The translations under genes and the position numbers were made by a program. This document shows positions 30,840-39,432 of a stretch of 64,000 nucleotides of DNA, in pieces; the stretch's first letter is position 1, and each line of letters begins with the position of its first letter. The DNA comes from a virus. The notes beneath the pieces are model-generated. The model worked only from the letters and a program-made list of their open reading frames with translations, was not told where the DNA came from and searched no databases. The stretch is taken from the IMG/VR virus record IMGVR_UViG_3300025424_000009. The stretch is one strand, 5' to 3'.

Positions 30840-30869
30840 GATATTTATTATTATAGGGTAATAGCCCTA
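30840..30869 (+). promoter_or_regulatory. extended putative late promoter element plus hairpin (copy 3)
   Basis: GATATTTATTATTATAGGGTA followed by TAGGG/CCCTA stem; upstream of sheath. Confidence 0.65.
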
Positions 30870-30888
30870 AGTAATTAATTTAATCAAA

Positions 30889-33800
30889 ATGACTGAAAAA
30901 CTATCAACTACAGGGGTTTATACCAGCGAAGTAAACCAATCGTTTATAGCTCCCATACAAGTACCGGACGGATGTGCAATTGTAGGACCTACTCAAAAAG
31001 GAGAGGCATATGTACCTACTAGTGTACAATCACCAGGACAATTTAGTGCAATATTTGGTACAGAAACTTCTAATACCTATGTACCTCAAGCTGTGTATAA
31101 TTACCTACAAGCAGGTGATTCTATACTAGTTACAAGAGTATTAGGTAATGGGGGTTGGCAGTATACCCCAGCTAAATCCTTAGCTGCAATTGTACAACCG
31201 GCCGTATCAGCTTCTCTAGGAAGTACAGCTTCAGTAAGCATACCTACTGCATCTTTATTAAGTTCTATATCAGGGTCTAATCAACAATTGATTACTCTTG
31301 CAGGAGCAAATACAGAATATTTTTATGGATATGATCCTACTCCAGTAGTAGTATCAGGATCTATAGTAGTAGATGTTCCAGCTACTGCAACTTTATATAT
31401 TACTGACACAGGTAGTATAGGTAGTAATGTTATCTATACCTTAAATGACCCTCAATCAGGAAGTACAGTATTAGGGTCTTACAGTCAGATAACAACTGGA
31501 TCTTATTTATTAGATGTAGCTTACGCAATAAGTTCTTCAATATCAGGTAATTCACTAAATTACACAAGCTCTGTAGATTCTAAAGGTAATGTTGTAATAA
31601 CAGCTCCCTACGGAAAAGGAGATACTTTAAATGGAAGTTTAATTACTCTATCCTCTGTACCAGAGGTTAGGGCATCTGGTTCATTATTAATACCAGCTCC
31701 AAGTGCTATTAATAATTCTTATATGATAGTTAATCTATCAGGTACAAGGTTATTTATATATAATCCAGCTTCTTATTCAACTAATGATTTAGGTAATCTA
31801 GTTGCATCACAAGCCAATGCATCAAGTGGATTTAGTGCTTCTTATAACTCAGGTACTACCAAAGTAACCTTTTATGCACCAATCGGATTAGGTTATTCTG
31901 GAAATAACCTTGTCGGTAGATGTAATATAGGGGCTGTAAGTAGCTTTACATTTTCAGGAGGATCTTACGGAACTCATACAGAATCTCCAGCTTATACTAC
32001 TATTAATACTAGTAACTTGACTGCTTATACTCCTTCTGTAAATGGAAGCTATTGTACATTCAGTCTAAATATTGTAGATACAAATAATAATTTAATTACA
32101 TCATTAGGGTTGTATACAATAATGAGTTCTGATATAGATTCTCAAACAGTTACTACACACTTCTTATCAAATATAAATGCATTAGGTAATCAAGGATTTA
32201 CATTAACACCTTCAGCAACTTATAACCAAATTTATTTAAAATACAAACCTGGGCATGGTTCTAGTGTAAATACTAATTTAACAGGAGGTTATATATGTAG
32301 TTTAGTTTACACAGAGTATGATAGTACTGGTAATGCAATAGGATATGGAGGTATAGGCACTTATAACTTCATAGGTGGAGTAGACCCAGCTTTACCTTTA
32401 GATACACCAGCCACTCCTTTTGAAGGGGGTGTAACAGGAAATACAGGATCATACCAAGTTATAAAGGGAGGTCCTGATACAGACAGACTAGGAGCTATTT
32501 ACTTTATAAATACAGGTAGTAAAGCAAGTCAAGTAAGTAATCTTTTAAATACAATTAATAACTATAGTAGTCTAACTAATGTAACAGGTTCTTTATCTGG
32601 AGGTTCTATAGTGTTATCATCCATAACTACAGGATCTATCTATAATTCTTATTATGCAGGTTCAGCCCCTACAAGTTCAGGAATAGTACCTTCTGTATCA
32701 CAATCTATGTTCTACGGAGGTTTAGATTCAATTGCAGCAGTACCTGGAAGCGTGATAGGTATACTACACCCTTCTCTTAATAACCACCCTTCTTTAACAA
32801 GTTTAAATAACTCAAATTTATTTGGAACCTCAAACAACAGCTTAAGCCTTAGCCTTTCTGGTAATCAAGTTAATCAATCTGGAATTGTATCAATGTACAA
32901 TACAGACAAGAACTTTTACACCAAAGTATTAGGAACAAATGCACAAGCTTCTACAGGAGGTGCTTTTGCTTACCTTTACTTCCAGAGTGCATCTTTAAGT
33001 TCAACTACACCTGTTACACTAGCTCTTCAAACTGGTAATTGTACATTCACATCTTCTTACGCAGAAGGATACGATTCAGCAGCAACTCCATGGGTATTAT
33101 CAGATGCTAATACAAGATTATTCTACTTTGAACATAGGTCACAAGGGTTCATGACAAATACAGATGTAAAGGTATCAATTACCAATATAACTGTAAATCC
33201 AGACCCTAGTATATTTACTACCTTCTCTATCTTAGTAAGACAATATGGAGATACAGATAAAACACCTGTAATACTAGAACAATACAATCAAGTAACATTA
33301 AATCCTGATGCACCTAACTACATCGCAAATGTAATAGGAGATAAGTATAATTACTATGATTCTTTACATAACAAAGTAGTATCAAAAGGAGAATTTGATA
33401 ACGTATCAAATTATATTAGAGTAGTTGTTTCCGAAATGGTATCTAAAGGTAACGTAGCAGCTAACACTTCTATATCAGGTCACGAACCTTTATTTGAACC
33501 AATAGCAGGTTTTGGTAGCTTATATAGCTTACCTGCCATAAAGTATGTTCAATCTAACTCAGGTTCTTATTTATATAGCGGATTTGATTTTTCAAATGTT
33601 GATAATAGTAATTACTTAAACCCAGTTCCACTAGAAGCAGGATACGGTAATAACATACCATTCACACTACCTTCTAACGATAATAAATTCACCTTGCCTT
33701 TACAAGGAGGTACAGATGGTACTTCTTACTCAACCATAAAGAAAATAGGATCTGATATCGCAGCAGATGGTACCAATGTATTCGGGTTTGATTTATCAAG

Positions 33801-34662
33801 TGTAAGTTCAACTGGATACCTAGCTTTCAAACAAGCATTAGACATCTTATCAAATACTCAATTATACAAATATGGTATATTAACTATGCCTGGTGTAATA
33901 GAGCAATATCACGGTGCTGTAACTGCATATGCACAAGCGATGGTTGAAACTAGAAAAGATACTGTATACCTAAGAGATTTAACAGGTGTAGATGAAAGTG
34001 TAAATGCTGCAATAGAAGTAGCTTCAGGATTAGATAGCACATACAGTGCCACTTACTATCCTTGGGTTAAAGTAAATGACATAGGATCTTCTAAAAAAAT
34101 ATATGTACCTCCAACCGTATTAGTACCACAAGCTGTGGCATACACAGATAGAAATGCAGCACCATGGGTAGCTGTAGCTGGAACAGGAAGAGGTACACTG
34201 GGTGGAGCTATAGATACTAAAAATAGATTATCTAAGGCTGAACAAGGAGCTTTATATGATGCTAACATTAACCCAATAGCTAAAGCCCCTAATACAGGTG
34301 TGGTGATATTCGGCCAAAAGACTTTATCAAAACAAAGTACAGCTTTAAATAGATTAAATGTACGTAGATTACTAATCACTTTAAAAGATTATATATCTAC
34401 ACTAGCAGCAGACTTAGTGTTTGACCAAAACCTTAATTCAACTAGAACTACATTTGTAAACAAAGTAAATCCATATTTACAAACTGTACAACAAAATGGA
34501 GGTATAACAGCTTTCAGTGTAAGATGTGATTCGAATAATAACTCAAATACAGATGTAGCTAATCATATTTTAAATTGTAAAATACAGATTATCCCTACAA
34601 TGTCTATTGAATACATCTTACTTGAATTTGATATCACCCCTCAAGGAGCAGTATTCAGTTAA
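30889..34662 (+). CDS. tail sheath protein (T4 gp18-like) with large central insertion
   Basis: N-terminal GVYTSEVNQS, IVGPTQKG, VTRVLG; C-terminal YYPWV, VPP, W.AVAG..RG, LYDANINPI, VIFGQKTL, RLNVRRLL. Confidence 0.93.
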   Translation: MTEKLSTTGVYTSEVNQSFIAPIQVPDGCAIVGPTQKGEAYVPTSVQSPGQFSAIFGTETSNTYVPQAVYNYLQAGDSILVTRVLGNGGWQYTPAKSLAAIVQPAVSASLGSTASVSIPTASLLSSISGSNQQLITLAGANTEYFYGYDPTPVVVSGSIVVDVPATATLYITDTGSIGSNVIYTLNDPQSGSTVLGSYSQITTGSYLLDVAYAISSSISGNSLNYTSSVDSKGNVVITAPYGKGDTLNGSLITLSSVPEVRASGSLLIPAPSAINNSYMIVNLSGTRLFIYNPASYSTNDLGNLVASQANASSGFSASYNSGTTKVTFYAPIGLGYSGNNLVGRCNIGAVSSFTFSGGSYGTHTESPAYTTINTSNLTAYTPSVNGSYCTFSLNIVDTNNNLITSLGLYTIMSSDIDSQTVTTHFLSNINALGNQGFTLTPSATYNQIYLKYKPGHGSSVNTNLTGGYICSLVYTEYDSTGNAIGYGGIGTYNFIGGVDPALPLDTPATPFEGGVTGNTGSYQVIKGGPDTDRLGAIYFINTGSKASQVSNLLNTINNYSSLTNVTGSLSGGSIVLSSITTGSIYNSYYAGSAPTSSGIVPSVSQSMFYGGLDSIAAVPGSVIGILHPSLNNHPSLTSLNNSNLFGTSNNSLSLSLSGNQVNQSGIVSMYNTDKNFYTKVLGTNAQASTGGAFAYLYFQSASLSSTTPVTLALQTGNCTFTSSYAEGYDSAATPWVLSDANTRLFYFEHRSQGFMTNTDVKVSITNITVNPDPSIFTTFSILVRQYGDTDKTPVILEQYNQVTLNPDAPNYIANVIGDKYNYYDSLHNKVVSKGEFDNVSNYIRVVVSEMVSKGNVAANTSISGHEPLFEPIAGFGSLYSLPAIKYVQSNSGSYLYSGFDFSNVDNSNYLNPVPLEAGYGNNIPFTLPSNDNKFTLPLQGGTDGTSYSTIKKIGSDIAADGTNVFGFDLSSVSSTGYLAFKQALDILSNTQLYKYGILTMPGVIEQYHGAVTAYAQAMVETRKDTVYLRDLTGVDESVNAAIEVASGLDSTYSATYYPWVKVNDIGSSKKIYVPPTVLVPQAVAYTDRNAAPWVAVAGTGRGTLGGAIDTKNRLSKAEQGALYDANINPIAKAPNTGVVIFGQKTLSKQSTALNRLNVRRLLITLKDYISTLAADLVFDQNLNSTRTTFVNKVNPYLQTVQQNGGITAFSVRCDSNNNSNTDVANHILNCKIQIIPTMSIEYILLEFDITPQGAVFS

Positions 34663-34677
34663 TAATTACTAAACCTT

Positions 34678-34685
34678 ATATTTAT
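34678..34685 (+). promoter_or_regulatory. putative late promoter core ATATTTAT
   Basis: Intergenic, upstream of tail tube. Confidence 0.55.
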
Positions 34686-34709
34686 TACTATAAATAAAAA
34701 ATAAAAACA

Positions 34710-35195
34710 ATGCCAATTCTTTCCGCACAAGATATGTTACCTACAGTGTTTGAACCTATCTTGTCACACAGGTTCGTACTTTACTACAGAGACATCCCTA
34801 CCTACATGATTAAAAGCATAGACGGCCTAGGCTGGGATGACGGTAGCGTGACGATTGATTATATTAACGCTTATACAAGTTTTAGGGCTAAAAGAAGGTA
34901 CTCAGATATAAATTTAAGTTTATATGACCCAGTATCTCCTTCTGGAGCACAGGCTCTGGAGTCTCTTGGGTTATTGCAATACGAGTTGCTTTCAGGAAGA
35001 TCAGCGTATTTTGATGTATACGCAACTGATTTTTCTTTACAAGTACTAGGACCTTCTGGAGATATAGTGAGGGAGTGGATAATTAAAAAAGCATTTATAA
35101 TGAATGCTAAATATGGTACTTATGATTACTCTACAGAAGTTTATACTACTATAGATATTACTATTAAGCATTCAGGACTCGTACTTAATTACTAG
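34710..35195 (+). CDS. tail tube protein (T4 gp19-like)
   Basis: FEPILSHRFV, LSLYDPVSPSGAQ, QVLGPSGDIVREW motifs; follows sheath. Confidence 0.88.
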   Translation: MPILSAQDMLPTVFEPILSHRFVLYYRDIPTYMIKSIDGLGWDDGSVTIDYINAYTSFRAKRRYSDINLSLYDPVSPSGAQALESLGLLQYELLSGRSAYFDVYATDFSLQVLGPSGDIVREWIIKKAFIMNAKYGTYDYSTEVYTTIDITIKHSGLVLNY

Positions 35196-35236
35196 TTTAT
35201 ATATCTATATACTTATATATTTTATTATGTGATAAT

Positions 35237-35265
35237 AAATCCGTATCTTTGTGGTACGGATTTTT
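35237..35265 (+). promoter_or_regulatory. hairpin plus T-run overlapping a TATCTTTG (-7) element
   Basis: AAATCCGTA/TACGGATTT 9-bp inverted repeat; TATCTTTG at 35244..35251. Confidence 0.5.
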
Positions 35266-35286
35266 AATTAAAAGTGTAAATATAAT

Positions 35287-36609
35287 ATGGATTTTAAAGT
35301 ATGTAAATGTTGTAAAGAAACTAAATTAGTATCAGAATTTTATAAGGATAAAAGATACCCTAACTCTTATAGTGTATTATGTACAAGTTGCAGTAAAAAA
35401 TCAGCGGTTGACTTAGAGATACATAGATCAACTGTTGAGATATGTTGTAATAAATGTAATATTATAAAGCCTGTCAGTGATTTTATTAAATCTAAGCACA
35501 ATATCAATGGTTATGAATATAGATGTAAGGATTGTAATAAGCGTGTTGATATTGATTTACATTTACTTACAAAAGAGATATGCTGCTCAAAATGTAAGCA
35601 AATAAAAACAGTAGATAATTATTATCTCAGTAAATGGGTAAAAAATGGTTATAATATCAAATGTATAAGTTGTATTAAAGATATTGATAAAACTGTTCAT
35701 GAAGACATTAAAGAATTAGAGTGTAAAATTTGTAAGCAAGTACTCTCTAAAAAAGAATTCCAAAAGAAACCTAGTAATCAATTAGGGTATACCACTGTTT
35801 GTAAGGTATGTTATAATAAAAAGAATGAGGAATTAAGGTCTAATATTACTCACAAGAAATGTTCTAAGTGTAAAGAGGTTAAAGAGATAAATCAATTCAC
35901 TCAATCTTTAACTATAAAATCAGGTTATACATACAGTTGTACAGATTGTATAAAAATTAATAAAGAAGCAATACCTACTGTTACAGAAAAATCTTGTACA
36001 AAATGCAATCAGGTAAAACAATCATCAGAATTTTATAAAAATAAAACCCAAAAGACAGGTTTATCACCTCATTGTAAGGAGTGTGTAAAGAAAGATCAAA
36101 AAGAGTATAAGGAAAGAGATATTAAAAAGTATAATGAGATGGTTAAGGCTGTAGGTGTTAGAAGAAGAAAGAAAATGAAAGATGAAGGTAGTACTTACCT
36201 AAGAGATTATGAAAGAAATAAAAGGCATACTAACATTGAATATAATATATTATGTAATCTAAGAGGTAGGGTTTATTCTGCTTTAAAATATAAAAGAGTA
36301 GTAAAATCAAAAAGAACCCTAGATTTATTAGGTTGTACTGTTGAATTCCTAAGACAGTACTTAGAAGAACGCTTTTTACCTACTATGACTTGGGAAAATT
36401 ATGGTTCTAAATGGCACCTTGATCATGTAAAAAGTTGCAACAGTTTTGACCTAACCGACCCTGACCAGCAGAAGCTTTGTTTCCATTATACTAATCTTCA
36501 GCCCCTATTCGCAGTTACTACTATAATTGATGGCGTAGAGTATATTGGTAACATGAATAAAAGTGATAAAGACATAGATTATATAGCCCGTCCAGTATAT
36601 AACAATTAA
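35287..36609 (+). CDS. free-standing HNH endonuclease with six tandem CxxC...CxxC zinc-finger repeats
   Basis: Six repeats such as CTKCNQVKQSSEFYKNKTQKTGLSPHCKEC; C-terminal TWENYGSKWHLDHVKSC...CFHYTNLQPL. Confidence 0.82.
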   Translation: MDFKVCKCCKETKLVSEFYKDKRYPNSYSVLCTSCSKKSAVDLEIHRSTVEICCNKCNIIKPVSDFIKSKHNINGYEYRCKDCNKRVDIDLHLLTKEICCSKCKQIKTVDNYYLSKWVKNGYNIKCISCIKDIDKTVHEDIKELECKICKQVLSKKEFQKKPSNQLGYTTVCKVCYNKKNEELRSNITHKKCSKCKEVKEINQFTQSLTIKSGYTYSCTDCIKINKEAIPTVTEKSCTKCNQVKQSSEFYKNKTQKTGLSPHCKECVKKDQKEYKERDIKKYNEMVKAVGVRRRKKMKDEGSTYLRDYERNKRHTNIEYNILCNLRGRVYSALKYKRVVKSKRTLDLLGCTVEFLRQYLEERFLPTMTWENYGSKWHLDHVKSCNSFDLTDPDQQKLCFHYTNLQPLFAVTTIIDGVEYIGNMNKSDKDIDYIARPVYNN

Positions 36610-36616
36610 TTCAGTG

Positions 36617-36624
36617 ATATTTAT
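36617..36624 (+). promoter_or_regulatory. putative late promoter core ATATTTAT
   Basis: Upstream of ATG 36641. Confidence 0.55.
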
Positions 36625-36640
36625 AATTAAAGAATACAAC

Positions 36641-37981
36641 ATGCAAAGAAATTTTAAAGAACTTCTTGAACAAGCTAAGAAAGAACTTACAGAAGATATA
36701 AAATCCGGTAAGATAAAGTTGAATGAAGCTGCTGACCTAGATGAGTTAAAAGAGGTACAAAAGCTAGTAAAAATAGCTAATATCCTTATTGAAAAAGGTG
36801 TAGATAAAGATGGAGATAAATTAGAAGTGGTAGATCCTGAATCTACATATGAAGAACCTTACACATACGACCTAATTAAGATAGAGGGTGAAAAAGTGAC
36901 TGTAACTTCTTATGCCACTATGAAAGGTAATAAAAAAGAAGTAGATGTAATGAAGGTAGGTAATATATCTGATTCAGTAGTTGAATACTTAAAGAGTATT
37001 ATCAAAGGATTTAAAAGAGCCTATAAAGAGGCTGGAATACCTCTTCCTACTAGTAAATCTGAATTACAAGAAGGAGAAGTGGTAATTGCAAAAGATGAGT
37101 CAGACCCTCAAGCCAAACAAGCTGCTAATGATGCAATAAAGAGAGGAGATACAGTAAGGTACGTAAAGCCTGGTACCACACTTCAAGAAAAGAAAGACAA
37201 AGAGGAAGAAGAGCCTATTGAAGATACAGAAGAATCAAAACCTGAAGATGTAGAAAAACCTTCCACATCAACTCCAGATGCTATTTCATCAGAGTTAGAA
37301 GAACACATCAAACAAGCTATTGATTCAGCAGCAGAGTTCATTAAATCTATTGATGACAAGAAGTACGAAACTGCTCTTGGGAAAGTTATCAAAAACTTGA
37401 CCATGGCTCAAGGTGCTTTAGAAGCAGTGAAGGTTCGTGAAAATAAACTAGCAGAAGAAGCTGGAATATTACGTGAAAAATCAATTAAAAAGTATAGCGA
37501 TACATTTATCAAGGGCTTGAAGAAATACATCAAGGATGAGACTCTAATGAACAAAATACTATCATTGTATAAAAAGGCAATAGAAGCTTACCATGATAAG
37601 AAGGTTCCTGCTGAGAAGATGACTGAACAAGTATGGAAGCACTTCACACTTAATGAGGGGATGCAAAAGAAGGTAGGTTATATCCTTACCGAAGCAGCCG
37701 GAGACCAAGATTTAGATAATCTAACTCAGTTTGTAAAAGGTCCTATTGCCAACTCTAAGTTCAAGAGTATTGAAAGTGATGTTGATGTTGTTAAGGATGG
37801 TAAAGACCTAGTAGTTAAATACACAGTAAATGGTCAACCTAAAGATCTTCCTACAGATGCTTTAAAAGAACTTGAAAATAAGTATAAAGTAGACAAGACA
37901 CCTAAAGGGTATATCTTAACACCAGGAGTTATTAAACAAGGACCAAACTTAGGGGATGCTCTAGGTAAGATGAGTAAATAA
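36641..37981 (+). CDS. hypothetical charged protein (possible internal head protein)
   Basis: ORF-track start 36614 includes the promoter motif, so ATG 36641 is preferred; multiple LNE/LQE/LTE motifs. Confidence 0.7.
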   Translation: MQRNFKELLEQAKKELTEDIKSGKIKLNEAADLDELKEVQKLVKIANILIEKGVDKDGDKLEVVDPESTYEEPYTYDLIKIEGEKVTVTSYATMKGNKKEVDVMKVGNISDSVVEYLKSIIKGFKRAYKEAGIPLPTSKSELQEGEVVIAKDESDPQAKQAANDAIKRGDTVRYVKPGTTLQEKKDKEEEEPIEDTEESKPEDVEKPSTSTPDAISSELEEHIKQAIDSAAEFIKSIDDKKYETALGKVIKNLTMAQGALEAVKVRENKLAEEAGILREKSIKKYSDTFIKGLKKYIKDETLMNKILSLYKKAIEAYHDKKVPAEKMTEQVWKHFTLNEGMQKKVGYILTEAAGDQDLDNLTQFVKGPIANSKFKSIESDVDVVKDGKDLVVKYTVNGQPKDLPTDALKELENKYKVDKTPKGYILTPGVIKQGPNLGDALGKMSK

Positions 37982-38054
37982 AAGAAATAGGCCTATATAC
38001 ACCCAGCCCATTTGTTCGAGAATATCGCAGAGGGGTTACCTATCTTAATAATAA

Positions 38055-38086
38055 TTTGTTTATATCAAAACTATTTATTAAATTTG
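38055..38086 (+). promoter_or_regulatory. Bacteroidota-type sigma70 promoter
   Basis: TTTG (38055) - 20 nt - TAAATTTG (38079..38086); ATG only 4 nt downstream. Confidence 0.7.
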
Positions 38087-38090
38087 CATT

Positions 38091-38264
38091 ATGAATGAAT
38101 TAGAAGTAACTACACCTGTAGTTAAGCTTACCAATATAAGTATAGATTCTAACACTAGAAATCTTACTTTAGAATTTGAAGGGTTTGATAATCTTACACC
38201 ATTTCCTATATCTGATGAGGATATGAATAAGATTTTAGAGTTTTACACAAAAGAGTATAAATAA
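38091..38264 (+). CDS. small hypothetical protein (57 aa)
   Basis: Read manually: MNELEVTTPVVKLTNISIDSNTRNLTLEFEGF...EYK; sits directly behind a host-type promoter. Confidence 0.6.
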   Translation: MNELEVTTPVVKLTNISIDSNTRNLTLEFEGFDNLTPFPISDEDMNKILEFYTKEYK

Positions 38265-38285
38265 ATTTAATTAAAAATTAAAGAT

Positions 38286-39032
38286 TTGAAAAATAGAAAT
38301 CCCCTTAACCTCCTTACGGAGAAGATAGATTTACCTTCTAAAGGTAAGTTATACCCCCTAGACAGCCCCCTATCACAAGGGTTTGTTGAAATACTATACC
38401 CTACAGCTAAGGAAGAAGATATCCTTACTAACCCTAACTACATCAAAAATGATACTGCCATTGATAAGTTCATTGAGAGTATTATGGTAACAGACATAGA
38501 TATAAATGATTTGTGCCTATGTGACAAAGATGCTGTGATGGTTGCTGGAAGAATCCTAGGACTAGGATCGGACTATACAATCAGGGAGGGTTTATCTAAT
38601 CCTATCACTTTCAACCTGTCTGAATTGCAAGACAAAGAAGTAGATTGGAGCTTATTTGATAACACTAACGAATTTGAATATAATATTAAAGATGTTGTAA
38701 TCAAGTTCAAAGTACCTACTGGCCACGACATGATTGCCATGAAGAAAGAAGTAGAAGGACTAAAGAAAATAGATCCTAATGCCACTATCGATACTAGGAT
38801 TATCTACAAGTTCACTATAGTAGAGGTAAATGGTAAAAGAGACTTACCTACTATTAATGATTTCTGTAATAGAATACTAATGGTAGATTCAAAGAAACTA
38901 AAAGCTTATGTGGATTTAGTGACACCTGGATATACATGGAAGGGAACTGGTACCTACATTAAGGATAATAAACAAGAGAAAGTGGAGGGTCTCACTATAC
39001 CAGTAACTACTACATTTTTTTACCCTTCCTAA
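38286..39032 (+). CDS. tail assembly chaperone / baseplate hub assembly protein (T4 gp26-like)
   Basis: LPSKGKLYP, PTAKEEDILTN, DKDAVMVAGRILGLG motifs; upstream of tape measure. Confidence 0.75.
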   Translation: MKNRNPLNLLTEKIDLPSKGKLYPLDSPLSQGFVEILYPTAKEEDILTNPNYIKNDTAIDKFIESIMVTDIDINDLCLCDKDAVMVAGRILGLGSDYTIREGLSNPITFNLSELQDKEVDWSLFDNTNEFEYNIKDVVIKFKVPTGHDMIAMKKEVEGLKKIDPNATIDTRIIYKFTIVEVNGKRDLPTINDFCNRILMVDSKKLKAYVDLVTPGYTWKGTGTYIKDNKQEKVEGLTIPVTTTFFYPS

Positions 39033-39399
39033 CAGCAACTTACTAGGTATAGCTAAACTAAACATACCTGATGAGCATTTACCTTACATAGTAAAAAGAA
39101 AGGAAATATTTAAAAATGAGATATTCTATTTAGTAAGACATGGAGGGGGTGGATTCACATGGGATAGTTGTTACAGTATGCCTATTAAAATACGTAAATG
39201 GAATGTAGATAAACTTAGTAAAGAGATAAAAGCAGAGAATGAAAGTGTAAAACAAGCATCTAAATCTAATAAAGGTGGTACTCAACTCTCTATGGATGAT
39301 ATGATTAAAGGGAAGGGTGCAGAAGAATTGAAATCAGATTATAAAGCCCCTCCTCGCAAAAACATGAGGAATCAAAACACACCTCTGCCTAACAAGTAG
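39007..39399 (+). CDS. +1-frame extension of the tail chaperone (G/GT-type); ORF track shows only 39178..39399
   Basis: Frame open from 39007 with no ATG/GTG/TTG until 39178; encodes ...EIFYLVRHGGGGFTWDSCYSMPIKIRKW...; T7 run at 39015..39021. Confidence 0.65.
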   Translation, partial: LLHFFTLPNSNLLGIAKLNIPDEHLPYIVKRKEIFKNEIFYLVRHGGGGFTWDSCYSMPIKIRKWNVDKLSKEIKAENESVKQASKSNKGGTQLSMDDMIKGKGAEELKSDYKAPPRKNMRNQNTPLPNK

Positions 39400-39412
39400 G
39401 GGTTTTTCTTTT
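39381..39412 (+). terminator. probable intrinsic terminator
   Basis: ACCTCTGC/GTAGGGGT stem (with GU pairs) followed by TTTTCTTTT. Confidence 0.6.
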
Positions 39413-39416
39413 GGTG

Positions 39417-39424
39417 ATATTTAT
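39417..39424 (+). promoter_or_regulatory. putative late promoter core ATATTTAT
   Basis: 8 nt upstream of tape-measure ATG, directly after a terminator. Confidence 0.55.
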
Positions 39425-39432
39425 ACACAGCT

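Noticed and set aside
38005-38038. Bulged hairpin (AGCCC...CGA-GAATA-TCG...GGGGTT) between ORF 36641 and the host promoter
   Set aside because: No T-run and no recognisable family; may be an RNase site or terminator, but support is too weak to call
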